A stretch of DNA of 64,000 nucleotides from the human T2T-CHM13v2.0 reference genome, Homo sapiens: NCBI RefSeq assembly GCF_009914755.1, contig NC_060936.1; one strand, written 5' to 3'. Numbering within the stretch: the first letter of the stretch is position 1; every line of letters begins with the position of its first letter. A program made the translations under genes and the position numbers. Below, one piece after another: positions 1 to 13,321 of the stretch. Below the pieces are notes generated by a model that was not told where the DNA came from, searched no databases, and worked only from the letters and a program-made list of their open reading frames with translations.

Positions 1-1559
1 ACAAAGTCTTTAGGCCTAAGAATAAGTAAATTAAAACTTCTATTTGCAGCTGGGAGCTCTCACAAAAAATACATACCTACATGTATGAGCATGCAATCAT
101 CTATACTAAAGATCACAATCTAAATCTATGAACCATATAAGGAAATGAACTAAAATGTGAGTTATCAAATTCAATATGCAGAAAAATTAGCTCCCCAAAC
201 TGGAAAACACCTATATAATAACTCCAATGAATATCCTCAATTTCAATCATCTCCTAGCCTATTTATTGTTTTCTTTTTCTGAAGTTTTCTTATGTTTTCT
301 AAAAAATGTTCTCTTTATCACTAAATCAAGATGTCATTTTGTCAATTTTGGGCTTTACTGCTTCTAAAGAACTTATAATTCTGCAGTTGCAGTTTTAGCT
401 TTCTATTATTTTCCCTGTGATTTCTCTTGTGATTCTCTCATAATTTTCTGCTTCTTCTTTCCCAGAGGACAAATCGTCATATTATTTTGAAACTATGAAG
501 AAGTTTCTTAAATTCATAGGAATCAAGATGCATATTCCCCCAAGTCTTTAGTGTAGTTCTCTCTTTTCATTCCTCTTTTAGTTTGTTTGTTTACCACATA
601 TAGCTTTTTTTCCCTCCTTTATGTGTCTTTGACCAATGTACTAATCAAGCATTATTGGTATGCAGATTGGCTCAGGTGAAGGGAGGCTAAAATTACTTCC
701 CAGATCTAAATGTAGAGAGTCATTAGATGTAGGATTCTCAGATTATTTTCTTCTTTGCCTCTTTCAGAGTGTGGCCTTCTTCTGTAGCTGCTGTAATATC
801 CCAGTGTAGTACATAGAAGTATTAAAATCCCTACTCTCTGTAGTTGGCAGAGAGTTCCATGTTTGAAACACTGCCTGTAAAACTGTACATATTTTATTCA
901 AGATCTTAGTTAATGCCTTCCATGTGATAAGTGATATGGATTTATTAGTAAATAGAGCAGACAAAAAGTCTGCCCTTCTGTAATATATAATCTACTTAGA
1001 AAAGTTCCCAGGATGTAACATGTTAATGCCAGTCATTCTATCTACTTCCATTTCTTACCATTGTTCTCTGAGAGTTATAAATTTAAATGGGAGTGGAAAC
1101 ATACGTAATGGAATAAAAAAGACTTTAGATGGATTAAAAAGTTGCAGCCACACAGTAGTGCATATCTATATAATTTTCCTGCTGTTTTAATCCATGAGTT
1201 TTTGAGTTTGGGACATGTACCATGTTTTATTTTGTTTCTTAATTTTGTTTGAGGGGCATCCATTTTATGAAATGAAGCCCAGTAATGCCAAAAAACAAAA
1301 CATGAATAATGCTTTACTCTTGAAATAGGTTGGTTGATTTTAGAGTTATCCATTGTTTCCCCAGATTCCTTCTTTCTTTATTATTATTATTAGATTTATT
1401 ATTTTTCCTTTCATTTTATTTATTTTATCTTAATAGTTATTTAAATGAAAGATAAAATAGATTGTGTCAGGATATTTTCCCAAACTCAATTTTAAATCAG
1501 AAGTTCTAAAGCTACATTTTCAAATAGTCTACATTTTTAAAAGCAGTATAACAGGCAAT

Positions 1560-1800
1560 TTAAAAGTGTGCTCTCAGGAGTCAGTGTTTCATTGAGCATG
1601 TAATATTTACTGTAGTGTAGAAGCTGTGATACTTTCTTAGGTTACTTCACCTTTCTGTGACTTGGGTTCCTCTTCTGTAAAACTGAGTAATGACGCCATC
1701 CATTAATCCATTGCATAAATTAAATAATAAAATAACTTGTAGAACACTCAAAAAATTGTCAAGCGAATACCTACATTATCATTAGCAGATTACTATTATT
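1560..1800 (+). mobile_element. MIR SINE (degenerate)
   Basis: MIR-core-like cacctttctgtgacttgggttcctcttctgtaaaactgagtaat; boundaries approximate. Confidence 0.6.
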
Positions 1801-2178
1801 TTTCTAATTGCAGCACAAATTCGTCAATGCAACAAATGCCTACTTTATGTTATGGAGAGTAAGTGATAGAACGCATGTATGGTACTTAGCAGAGAACCTG
1901 GGAAACAGTGATCCATGAGGGTTAACAAAAACAACAATAATGATACCATTATCATTATGTACTTTTGTATACGTGTATAAGAAAAAGAAGCAAAAGGTAA
2001 CATATACAATGCAAAATGTTAGGTTACTACTGAAAAGCTTTTCTTTCTTTTCCAAAATAGCACTATAATGTAGTTTTTAACTCTCATATTGAACAAAATA
2101 ATCCAAGCATGTTGCATCAAATTTCTGAGAGCATGAGCCTAACTTAGACCCCAATATACACTTTCAGAACTGATACCA

Positions 2179-2251
2179 ATGCGCACGCACGCACGCGTGC
2201 GCGCACACACACACACACAGAGAGACAGAGAGACATACACAACACAAACAC
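2179..2251. repeat. Compound (GCAC)n/(GC)n/(CA)n/(GA)n microsatellite
   Basis: Directly visible; perfect purine-pyrimidine alternation 2179-2219. Confidence 0.95.
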
Positions 2252-2370
2252 ATGCCAGGTCTTTATTCACTTAAGATTTAGAACAGTTAAGACTTTCTTA
2301 GTTAGGTGCTTTGTGAAATTTAATTTCTAACCCACAGATGTAAAATTTTGCTATATAATGGTAAAATAAC

Positions 2371-2433
2371 GTATCTGGGAAAGCTATACATGTATCTGGG
2401 AAACTATAATGTACCTGGGAAAATAATGTATCT
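2371..2433. repeat. Imperfect tandem repeat, unit gtatctgggaaa...aat (21, 19, 17 bp units)
   Basis: Units start at 2371, 2392, 2411; partial unit at 2428. Confidence 0.85.
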
Positions 2434-3429
2434 AATAACCTGGAAAGTAGATACAAGGAGGTATCTCCAAGAGGCTTGTCATCTTGTGGAAAACCAAGAG
2501 TGAAATAACAGGCATTGAAAATAATTTATGTGACTCCAGACCCCAAGGAATTTTTTTTAGCTAGCTAGTTTTACTGGCTTCTAAAGCTACTAATGCAATA
2601 AGTGATTTAATGCATTAATATCTTTGTGGGTTTTCAACAGTTTGCATAACTTCTATGGAATTCTGTGGAAACAAATCTGACATATTTACTCAGTGATGGT
2701 GGTATAAAATAATTCCAACAAAAAGTAATTTAATTTCTATTATGATTTTAACCTCACAACCAATCTATGGAGGGAATATTATCTCCAATGCAGTATATTA
2801 GAAGGAAAAGTTTTTTTCATAAATAATTTATGGTAGAGTGAAGCAAGTTTAATTTGGAAGCAAGGACCCTTCCCTAACACTAAGTTGATTCCCAAATATA
2901 GAAAAAAATGCAAGTAAAAAATTTATACAAAAAAGTTTTACAACTGCAGTGAGGTGTTGTTTCTCCATACAAAAATATTTTTAAAAATGAACAAAATATC
3001 TCATGCTATGTTCAAAACATGTCTTTTTTCCTCTATGAATTAAACAGCATCCCAAATATCCATTTCATAAAAGATGCAAAGGAAAGTCTCTTTGAATTAC
3101 GGAAAAGTTTTCCCAGGCCTATTCTCAACTCTGCAAAGAAAACTGATTATTTTTATTCCAAGAACTGTTTTACTTTAGTCTTTGGATAATAAACCCTATG
3201 TATGACAGCCTTGATGTACATTCCAGAAAAAATATGTATTTTCATTTGTTCTATATTTGTTTTTCACCTTTTACCTAAGCCACATATTTGTATGCACTCT
3301 TTTAGCACTTCTGAATCTGCTGATGTAGATTCATTTTTAATGTTATATAAATTTTCATTACAGTGTATGTATGCTAGTTGTAGATGAATTAGAAGACAAA
3401 ACAGTTAATTAACAGAGAAAATGCACTGT

Positions 3430-3895
3430 TTGTTGAAAGTTGAGTTATAGGAAAAGTAAATCAAGGAAAGAACATCAAGAGTGCCTGCGAGTTGCTGTAG
3501 GAGTGACAGAAGACCTCACTGAGAAGGTGACAGGATAAAACTGAGAGTGTGAAGGAGCAAGGGCTGTGGCTATCAAGGACAAAACAGGTGCCAAGTGATA
3601 ATAAGTCTATTAAACACTTAATAGAATAGTCAGACTAACTGGAGGTGAAGGAGCCAGAGAGAAAGTGATAGAGATGTGGTTAGAGATGTAACAGGTGGCT
3701 GGATTCTCGTAACCCATTCTTCGCTCCTTGACTTGACTCTGAATATCTGGGGAGCCATTGGAGAGTTGTGAGCTGACATATATTTATAGAATCACTCTGG
3801 CTCCATTTTGAAAATAAATTCAAAGTGAACAAGAGCAAAAGCAGCACAACAGTTAAGAGGCTTTTGCAATTATCTGGACATGTCAGTAATGGCAA
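3430..3895 (-). mobile_element. L2 LINE fragment
   Basis: Antisense L2 motifs gacctcactgagaaggtgaca, ggagccattggagagttgtgagc, aatcactctggct, gaggcttttgcaattatctgg. Confidence 0.75.
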
Positions 3896-4329
3896 AGTTT
3901 ATTAAACATTTATTACTCAAGGTCTTAATTTTTAAAATTCCTATTGAAGTTAAAAATTCTCAATTTTAAATAGCAACTAAATCTTCAAGTCTTAGAATGT
4001 ATGAATAGTAGCTTCCTTACCTCACTCTTATGTTCATTGCACAGAGGCAAGCATGTTCATGACCTTAAGGTGCCCCCATCCCCAGTATATTTTGCTCCTT
4101 ATTTCTAAATCACATATTTTTCATGCAGTCTCTTTTCAGCTTTGGACACTATTTTTAGGCATTCTACAATGGAAAATAAAAATTTAGCCTTCTTACCTCC
4201 CCTTCCTACTGACAGACATGATACACACATGCTTATAAACATACATCCCATTAGCCTATTTTATAAATATAGTCAGATTTAGCTAGACAAAATATCCAGC
4301 AATTCCTTATATAAAATTTGTTTTTCTAA

Positions 4330-4530
4330 TATTTGCATATCTTAAAAAATGTTTGAATGAAGGGCCTTGTTCACATATTTAGCAAGTGTGTTCAGTTATT
4401 GCCTTATGACAAATTTATAGAAAGGAGAGTGCTGGGATGCAAAGTATGTACATTTTAATTATCAATATATGGAGCCAAATTGCCCTTCATGAAGATTGTA
4501 TCAACTTATAGACCCAATGGTACCATTAAT
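4330..4530 (-). mobile_element. Old L1 (L1ME-like) fragment
   Basis: gagtgctgggatgcaaagtatgtacatttt...gccaaattgcccttcatgaagattgtatcaacttata resembles antisense ORF2 3' region. Confidence 0.55.
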
Positions 4531-6259
4531 ACTTGCTGGTACTTCCTGTCGAGAAAAAATTGGCCACATCTAATTTTAAAATTGATCTCTTGTTATGTAA
4601 CATTTGATTTTAATTTATTTTATACTGTAAATTTTCTTAATTTCCTGAAATATTGTTAACATTCTAGACTCTGTGCACGTGGAAAGAAAATGAGCTTCAA
4701 ACTACAAAACAGGAGTGACAAGATATATACCTAAAGTATTCCTGAATAAAATTACTACCTCAAAAGCAGAATTCTCTAACTATCAGAGAATGTGCCTGAA
4801 GACTAGTGATTTCAAAGGGTTCATGCTGACCCAAGCCAGTTTTTTTTACATATTTGGAGTACTAATCCTCGATTTCATTAGAAATGCAATTTATTGCACA
4901 AATGAGCATAGTTTGTTAGAGAATAATTTTAATTTTTCACATTATACTGAAACTATATCATTGTAGGCTATGTAGATGTAACACATCCAATCATAATAAA
5001 TTTTGATATGGTTAAAACACTGGTTTTTGTTGTTGTTGTTGTTTGCAAAACTTGAATGACTCTTCCCAGATAATATGCATGCATTTCATTCTTAGCCTTT
5101 CATTTTCCCTTTGTGTGATTTGGTTAGAAAAGAGAGGCAAGTTGAACTCTAATTATTTCCACATCTATTGTTGTGAATTTTAATATATTTACAGACTAGT
5201 ATAATTGTATACCACTTTTAAATTGAAAAGTATATTTTTTCTGAAGAAATCATACTCAAAATATGACAAGAAAATATGAGGCTCTCATAAACAAACTGTG
5301 ATAAGTCATGTTTCAACCATAAACAGGAAAACCATGTCATCCCCTCCTTTAGTAAAGTATGCCACTTATTTCATGAGAAAAGTGACATAAAAAGCCCTTT
5401 TTAATATTATTTCAAATTCTTCTTTAGGTTTTCTCCAGCAGTGTTCTATTTGCAGCATTTTATCCATTCAAGCACTGAGATGGAACTTGATTTAGATGGC
5501 ATGTATGCATATTTTGTTTTCTACTGTTCTTGAGAATTTTTTCCTATATGTATGCAAAGGCACAGCTATAGAGGTGTTAATGGATGTCTATTCCAACTAA
5601 GTCCTATATCAGCTTTCAATTAACTTTTCTTTTTTGTTTTATTTGCTTGTCCACACAGGAATATTATCTGTCCCGCATATATTTGTATACGAGAGAGATA
5701 TATATTTTACTATATTTTCTTACCAAAAATAATTCTTTTAAATTTTAGAAGATTCACCAGAGTTGTTATTAATATTTCAATTTGACAATTTATTCCTATT
5801 CTCTTTAGGAAAAAAATGAAAATATATAGGCGATCACTGCTCCTACATAAATAGCTGATTGATTTTCAGCTTCCCAGCTTAGTGACTTCAAAAGTAGAGA
5901 AAATGTTTAAGGTTTTTTTTATGCGAACATAGTGAAAGCATTTCTGTCATAAACTAACCATGCCTGGTTTTTGTCTGTCCACTTTTCATTACATTTCACC
6001 AGTGTCCTGGAAATTAATGCTGAGGCTATTCACCACAAAATAGCCAAAGTGGACTCCTTACCAGACCAGGCCTTGTTCATGTGCATCTCCTGGCCTGAGT
6101 TGGCCTTCCCTAATCACACTAAAGAGATTCATTAATGTCTTGTTTATTTGAATTGAAATAGTGATATTGACAAAAGTAACTTAAAACTCAGAGTACGCAA
6201 GTACAACAAGAACATGAGAAGCTGCAGCCCTCAACTCAAATTAACTCTTTATGCCAATT

Positions 6260-6710
6260 TTGTCTCAGTTTCTTTCTTTAGGTAGACAAACATCATTGAC
6301 AAATCGGTTAAGATAATGTTATCAGTTCAAAGAATAATTAAGATTAATCATTGTACAAGGAAACCTGAAATTCTATGAAATTTTACAGCTCACATATAAA
6401 ACAAATTTGATGGAAGTTTCTTTAAGTTTTCCTAAGGAAAAGACTAAGATTTTCTTGACATTACCAATAATGTAATGAGTAATAAAGCAGAGATACGTTT
6501 TCTTAAACTAATAATTTCTCTTTGCCAAATTTGCTATAGGAAAACCCGAATTCTTTTAATAAAAAACGAATACCATAAAATTGTTGTCAGATAGAGATAT
6601 AATCAAAGATAAAGCAGCTAATGATTATAGAAAAGAATTGTAATATAAAAGTGTTTAAAGCATTTAATTAAAACAAATGCTAATTTTTGTTCTGCATTTT
6701 ATGACTGTGG
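6260..6710 (+). mobile_element. hAT DNA transposon remnant (Zaphod/Tip100-like), left part
   Basis: About 6443-6515 translates (one 5 bp indel) to KIFLTLPIM-SNKAEIRFLKLI, resembling the hAT dimerisation motif LTLPxTSxxxERxFSKL. Confidence 0.65.
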
Positions 6711-7582
6711 TGATGAAGATGGCTTTAACACATTTTTCTAAGCTTGACAAAGTTTAAACCAGACTTCTTTACTCTGGGCCTCTGATCTCTATTTACTTAG
6801 AGCATTTACTTTAGAAAACTTAGATTTTAAATTCTTTCTCTGCCCCTTTGAAATGCAAACTTTCTATATCTAGGAATGTCTTTCTCAGGGATCTGGGAGA
6901 AATTTCTTTGAAAGGCAATTATTTAAAAAAAAAAAAAAATATGGCTCTCTTTTCCAGTCTCCATGGGAGAATAAGAGCCTAACTTCATTAAGTAACAATT
7001 AACAAACTGATAAGGTTTGGCTGTGTTCCTACCCAAATCTTACCTTGAATTATAATAATTCCCATGTGTCAAGGGCAAGACTAGGTAGAGATAATCGAAT
7101 CATGGGGGCAGTTTCCCCCAACTGTTCTCATGGTAGTGAATAAGTCTCACAAGATCTGATAGTTTTAAAAATGGGAGTTCCCCTGCACATGCCCTCTTGC
7201 CTGCTCCATGAAAGACATCCCTTTGCTCTTCCTTCATCTTCCGCCATGATTGTGACGCCTTCCCAGTCGTGTGGAACTCTGAGCCCATTAAACCTCTTCC
7301 CTTTATAAATTACCTAGTCTCAAGTATGTCATTATTGCCACTATGAGAACAGACTAATACACAAACACAGATGGCCAATCATATTGACCAGCCTCCATCA
7401 ATGTTCTGCAATACTTTTCCACTAGTTCAGCTCAGCATTTAAAAGTCCTCCTGCCTTTTGTTTCAACACAGTTGAGTTCAGTCTCTATTCCTTATTGCAA
7501 TATTCTTGGCTCCTAGTGAAATAACCTTGAGTAAAGTCTTTCTTTCCACTTGTAACATATCCAGTGTAATTTTTCTTTAACA
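6711..7582 (+). mobile_element. ERV1 solo LTR (MER67/MER31-like), interrupted by THE1
   Basis: TG...CA ends; 4 bp TSD GTGG (6707-6710, 7583-7586); agagcatttactttagaaaact...ttctttctctgcccctttga motif. Confidence 0.75.
7008..7361 (+). mobile_element. THE1 (THE1C-like) MaLR solo LTR
   Basis: tgataaggtttggctgtg...cagactaataca; 5 bp TSD CAAAC (7003-7007, 7362-7366). Confidence 0.93.
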
Positions 7583-7752
7583 GTGGTGTTTATTAGTTTT
7601 CCAATAATGTATAATTTCTTGACTTTTTCTTCTCTTTCTAAATAAATGTTCACCTCTATATCTAATTTGTATTTATAAGTTTAATTTTGTTTTTTGTTAA
7701 GGATCACTAATCCAGTTTTATAAGCTCCAAATTCCACAAAACTGGATTAATC
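7583..7752 (+). mobile_element. hAT (Zaphod-like) terminal remnant, right part
   Basis: tataagctccaaattccacaaaactggatt resembles the recalled Zaphod 3' terminus; continues the element split by the LTR. Confidence 0.5.
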
Positions 7753-7899
7753 TTTCCTCTTGCTTTTCACCCTAATCTCAAGTATCTAAAAATGTATCAG
7801 TTTATCCTCAACACCCTGCCTTCATTCAACATGAACTCAAGGCTTGACAATATTTTCTTTACAGATTCACTCAGCAAAGTACAACCAATACCTCAAGAA

Positions 7900-8165
7900 C
7901 TGATTTCACCATCATTTTTGGAAAACTTTCTATGATCCTTCAGTAGGAATTTGCCTTTTTTCCTGTGTTTAATAGCATTGTTTGCAATCTTGTAATATAA
8001 TTTATTATAGCCTGCCAACTATCAGAGCTATCTGTGTGCTTCCTCAAGCTTTTACAGTAGAGACTGTAAGTTTTTAGATTGCAGGGCATGTGTGTTATTA
8101 GTCCTTGTATCATCTTCATTAGCTAAAGCAGTAGACACAGAAATATATGTGGAATTAAATTGCTG
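7900..8165 (+). mobile_element. L2 3' end fragment
   Basis: gactgtaagtttttagattgcagggcatgtgtgttattagtccttgtatc. Confidence 0.6.
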
Positions 8166-8424
8166 CAACATGAATTTATTTGATTTAATTTAAAACCTGA
8201 TTCTCATAAAAGAAATATTGAAAATTCTCCCAAGATAATAAGTTACTTGTAGAGGAAAAGTAATAATTGAGAAGAGAATATTCATGAAATCTTGTCATGT
8301 GTCTCAGGGAGATAACCTTCTTTAATGGGTCACAAATGAGCTCAAATTCTCCCTCTTCTCTTGAAGATATCCCTGACATTTTATAGCCAGAGTTAAACTT
8401 ATCTCTTGGAATACTAAATTTATC

Positions 8425-8555
8425 TCTAACTATCTGACTTCCCTACTAAACTAGAAATTCTTGAGGTCATGGACAATGATCTTATTTGTCTCTTTGTCCT
8501 TGTTGCCTGGTTTAGAACTTTTTATCAACTGGGTGCTTGGTAATACTTATTAGAA
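8425..8555 (+). mobile_element. L2 3' end fragment
   Basis: ctaaactagaaattcttgaggtcatggac...tgcctgg...gggtgcttggtaatactt. Confidence 0.6.
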
Positions 8556-9339
8556 CAAAAGAAAGAAAAAAGGGAGGAAAGAAGAAATGGGAGAGGCAAA
8601 AAAGGAGTGAGAGAGAGAGAGATGACCCTATCGTAATCAGATTTATCCCCATGTTTATCTGATTCCAAAGTAATGATCTTTTTTTTAGGTTACAGCATCT
8701 CCCATCACAGGACCAAGAACCAGCTGCAGAGAAAACCTAGTTCTGACAAAAATTAAGACACACACACAGACACACACACACAAATATAAATGCCAACACC
8801 CTTGAAGACTATCATTTCCTTTTTCCACGTAAATTACACAGCAATCAGCATAAATAGATTGAATAAAAGATGTATAAGGAAGATGTTTTAAAAATCCAAA
8901 GAAGCTGTTCCTCCCACATCCCTCAATATGCATATACCATTCAAAGTGTTTTATTTTAAAGCTAAGAATACTTCTCTTTAGCCCGTGATACATGCTAGGG
9001 CAAACACAATTACCTACTCACAAATGGACTTGCAAACTCTCTCTTTTCTTGTTATCCCATTCATGTGTTCTTTTATATTTATTTTAATACAAATTTTCAC
9101 TGAAAAATCACAGAATTATTTTATAAAATTTACAACATACAAATGAACAAAAAGAAAACTAAACCAGTCTAAATATTCAACAGAGAATCTTAGTCAAGAT
9201 TCTGTTGCAGTGACTAAAGTGCTGGCAATAGAGACACAGAAAAATAGAATGCTGTTGCCTGCAAATTTATCATTTTCATATATTGCTAGCATATTATAAT
9301 GTATTACAAATGAACAGTAAGATAAGAATCAAAGATGGA

Positions 9340-9514
9340 TGTTTTAATCTTTGATAATAAAATTCCATAGACTGGGTGGCTTAAACAATAGCCATTTATT
9401 TTTCACAGTTTTGGAACCTAAAATGTCTAAGTTCAAGGTGCTGGCATATTCAATTTCTGGTGAGGCCCTCTTCCTGGTTTGCAGTTTGTTGCCTTATCAC
9501 TATGTCCTCAAGGG

Positions 9515-9555
<41 letters not shown>

Positions 9556-9744
9556 CGTGCGCAAGCTCTAATCTTTCCTTTTCTTACAAAGACGCTAATC
9601 CCATCATGAGGACCCACTCTCATGACTCCATCTAAACCAAATTATCTTCCAAAGACCCTATGTACAAGTATCACTGCATCACTGCATTAGGAGTTAGGGC
9701 TGGAATTTAGGAATTTGAGGGAACACAAACATTCATCCATAGCA
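9340..9744 (-). mobile_element. MLT1A-type MaLR LTR with internal (GA)n
   Basis: ccatagactgggtggcttaaacaa...ggtgaggccctcttcctggtttgcag...cacaaacattcatccatagca. Confidence 0.88.
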
Positions 9745-10022
9745 ATAGCCCTGAGTTTACAGTGGTTGTTCCTTTTTAGAAACAGGAACAGATTTGAGGA
9801 CAAATCCAGAGCTTTGTCTTTTTGCAATAGAGTATCTTATATTTGAGTTGCATATTATACATTCAAGTCCATTGGTGAAGTAAGCAGTTAGATATGTGAG
9901 TTAACATTTAAAGGTAAAAGAATCAAGGCTTGTCAGTTAAAATTGTGGAAAGTTGATTTGAAACAATATTTTGTAAGTGAAGCTGTTCAAATTTCAGAAT
10001 TTGGTTTCTTAAGAAAACAGAG

Positions 10023-10182
10023 GGCTGGGCACAGTGGCTCACACCTGTAATGCCAGCACTTTGGGAGTCTGAGGAGGGAGGATTCCTTGATTCCAGGAAT
10101 TTCAGGTTACAGTGAGCTATGGCCATGCCACTGCACTCCAGCCTAGGGATAGAGTGATATGCAGTCTCAAATAAGTAAGTAA
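10023..10182 (+). mobile_element. Monomeric Alu (FRAM/AluJ-derived)
   Basis: Single ~150 bp monomer ending gtgagctatggccatgccactgcactccagcct...gtctcaaa. Confidence 0.88.
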
Positions 10183-10410
10183 GGGAAGACTATTATTTAT
10201 TCAGTTGTTTTTTGGTAGCATTTTCACCTTACAATTCTTATTTTATAGCTCTAAAAACTTAAAAAAATAATAAAATGGATGGTTACTTTGAATGCTAATT
10301 CCCTCATTCTGGCGTTTCTGAAAAATTCTAGTTTAGATACTGAAAAAAAAAAAAAGAAGTGCATATATATTCAAGACAGTCACATGTAGCTGATTTTGCC
10401 AGAAGAGATT

Positions 10411-11166
10411 TGTTGACAAAAAGGACCAAACTTTGTAAAATCTTTGAAGAGAGATATTATGAACCAAATGTGAGTGACTATGACCTGAAGCACAGTGTTA
10501 AGAGGTCCAGATTACAGCTTGGTTTTGTACATTTTAGGGAGATATAAGACATCAATACATATGAGAAATACATTGGTTCATTCTGGAAAGGCAGGAAAAT
10601 TTGAAGCAGGGGCTTACAGGTCATGGGTGGAGTCAAAGATTTTCTGATTGGTAATTGGTTGAAAGAGTTATTGTATAAAAACTTGGGATTAGTAGAAAGG
10701 AATGTCTGGGTTAAGATAAGGAGTTGTGGAGACCAAGGTTCTTATTACAGAGATGAAGTCTCATAGGCGGCTGCCTTTAGAGATAATAGATGGGAAGTGT
10801 TTCTTATTCAGAACTTTAAAAGTTGCTAGACTCTCAGTTATCTCTTTAGGATTCAGAGGGCCTGGAAAAATAAAGATCTAGTTGTGTTAATAGAGAATTT
10901 TTACAGATGCAAATTTTCCCCCACAAAAGATGGCTGTGCAGAATCATTTCAAAATATGGCAAAGAAAACTATTTCAGGGTAAAATATTTTAATTTCCTTT
11001 TTTATCTGTCATGTGATGTTATGCCAGAATCACATTGAAAGGTAAGCCACATTATATAGTGTTAAATAAAACCCATTTGATGAGATTTTATGGTTTGTAG
11101 AGCATGACTCCCCAAGCCCCTTAGGAATTTGGGCAAGAAAAATAAAAAGTCAGATTTTAGCCCTCA
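10411..11166 (-). mobile_element. MER4E-like ERV1 solo LTR
   Basis: Reverse strand begins tgagggctaaaatctgac...ttgcccaaattcctaaggggcttggggagtcatgctctacaaacc; TG/CA ends. Confidence 0.85.
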
Positions 11167-12823
11167 AGTTACTTTTTCTCTTGGTTCCGGAACACACCTT
11201 TTATGTTTATGGAATAATTAGCTTTCAGTAAGTTATACATTGTTCCATGTGAGAAAAAAAGATATCAGATTAAATTGTACTGAGTCACTGAGCAATTTGA
11301 GATTACATACTTATGTTAATCTCCAAGTAATGATTTACCAGTTGTTATGGACGAGACAATGGACTAGACATTCAGGTGCTTTGGGGAATTAAAAAATAAT
11401 CCTAAATTATACTAGTTATCTCCTTCTCCCTAGTCTATTAGAAAGACTGACATATATATATATATATATATAATATTTCACATATATTTAAATAAACTGA
11501 AATATATGTGTGTGTGTACACAACCCCATAAAAAGATAAATTTGATGGAGAGAATAGTTAAGTTCTATAATGGGTCTGAAGAGAAAGGCTACATTTTGTT
11601 AAACCAACATTCATTGGCAGGTATTAGCTTGGCAAGGCATCAGGTCTACAAATTAATGTTAATATCGTATACTGATTGCACATCCTATGGCTAATTAAGC
11701 CTCATAAAATTGTCAAAATATATACTTCAGAGTGACCATTACTGTAGTATAAAGACATTTGTACAAAAAAGTGTTTTTTCCCTTTTTGATCTCTTGACTG
11801 CCCGTAATCTGGAATTATTTGATGATGTAATAGCCCAGTGTCTGTGATTTCTGAATTGATTACTGAGGAAAAAAATCTATGGTGAGAGCATGCGTATCAA
11901 ACTGAAAGAACAGCCTGCTGATTACACAGAAGAACATTGCTATTTACATGCAAATATCTTTGTAATCAGCAGTGATAGGAAAGAAAATGTATGAGAATCT
12001 AAAACACTTAAGATTATAAGTGTTCCAACTTTCCCTAAGCGCCTACCTCAAAAAATGTTTTCTTATGAGAAGTGTTTCCAATGAGAAAGTTTAGTTCATT
12101 TAACAGAATCATAGCCATATCTCGTTTGAAACATAGGATATTAATGGGTCTTATCTCTTCTCTCTCATTCTTCTAATTTCTTTCTCAGTTTTGTTCTTAC
12201 AATTTTGGGTTATCTTAAGCTAGATATCCTCTAGTCAATATTTTAGTCTTTGTTCAACAGCTTTTTTAGAAATGAATGCTTAAAGCCTTACTTTTGTTCT
12301 TTTTAAAAGGGAGATAATACTGACTGCAGAAGGTATTTTTAGGTTTAATTAAAACAATGTATACCTTAGTAGTTATCTGAGTGCTTGGGGTATCACTTAA
12401 GTACTCATAATTGGTGGCTTGTATTCATGTCATATGTTTGTTTGTTTGCTTTTTGATAAGCCTGAAATGAGTTTCCAATTCATGTGGCCGTAAGCATATC
12501 TCTGAGGAAATATTTTTTATGCACATGATTTTATAGGAGGTGAAGTACAATAGGCAATAAGCTACAATGTTTGCATAACTGTAGGACAACAATATTGGAG
12601 GTTCATGATGGAAGGGATTTCTTACAAGTAATACTATTCTACACACAAAAATGTCAGTTGATTATATTCCTAGTTTCAGGACTGAAATCCTGAGAAAAGA
12701 TTGAAATGATCGTACTTGTACTTGGGAAACTGTTAAGGGTTAAAGTTTTTTGTTGTTGTTGTTGCCAAATGACATTACACACGGCCATTATTCTAAATTC
12801 GTGTGATCCAAGGTAACACAAGA

Positions 12824-13321
12824 TATATGTATATATGTATATATATGTGTTATATGTATACATATATGTATATATGTGTATATATACACATATATAATAT
12901 ATAATGTATTATATATTGTATATATATGTGTATGTATACATGTATGTATATATACTGTGTATGTATATATGTGTATGTATATGTATATATATTGGGTATG
13001 TATATATATGTATGTATATATGTGTATGTATATATATGTATGTATATATGTGTATGTATATATATTGTGTATATATATGTGCATGTATATATTGTGTATA
13101 TATATGTGTATATATGTATGTACATATGCATATGCATATATATTGTGTATATATAGTGTATGTATATTGTGTATATATGTGTATGTATAATATATATTGT
13201 GTATATGTGTATGTATATATATGTATATATATTGTGTATGTATATATGTGTATATGTGTATGTATATATTGTGCATATATATATGTGTATGTATAATATA
13301 TATACATACACATATATATAT
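12824..13321. repeat. ~500 bp (TA)n/(TATG)n/(TG)n low-complexity tract
   Basis: Directly visible; source of the Y/I/H/T/C/V-rich pseudo-ORFs. Confidence 0.98.

Noticed and set aside
440-770. Polypyrimidine-AG splice-acceptor-like sites (near 465 and 767; also 8688)
   Set aside because: Common by chance in T-rich DNA; no paired donor or ORF support
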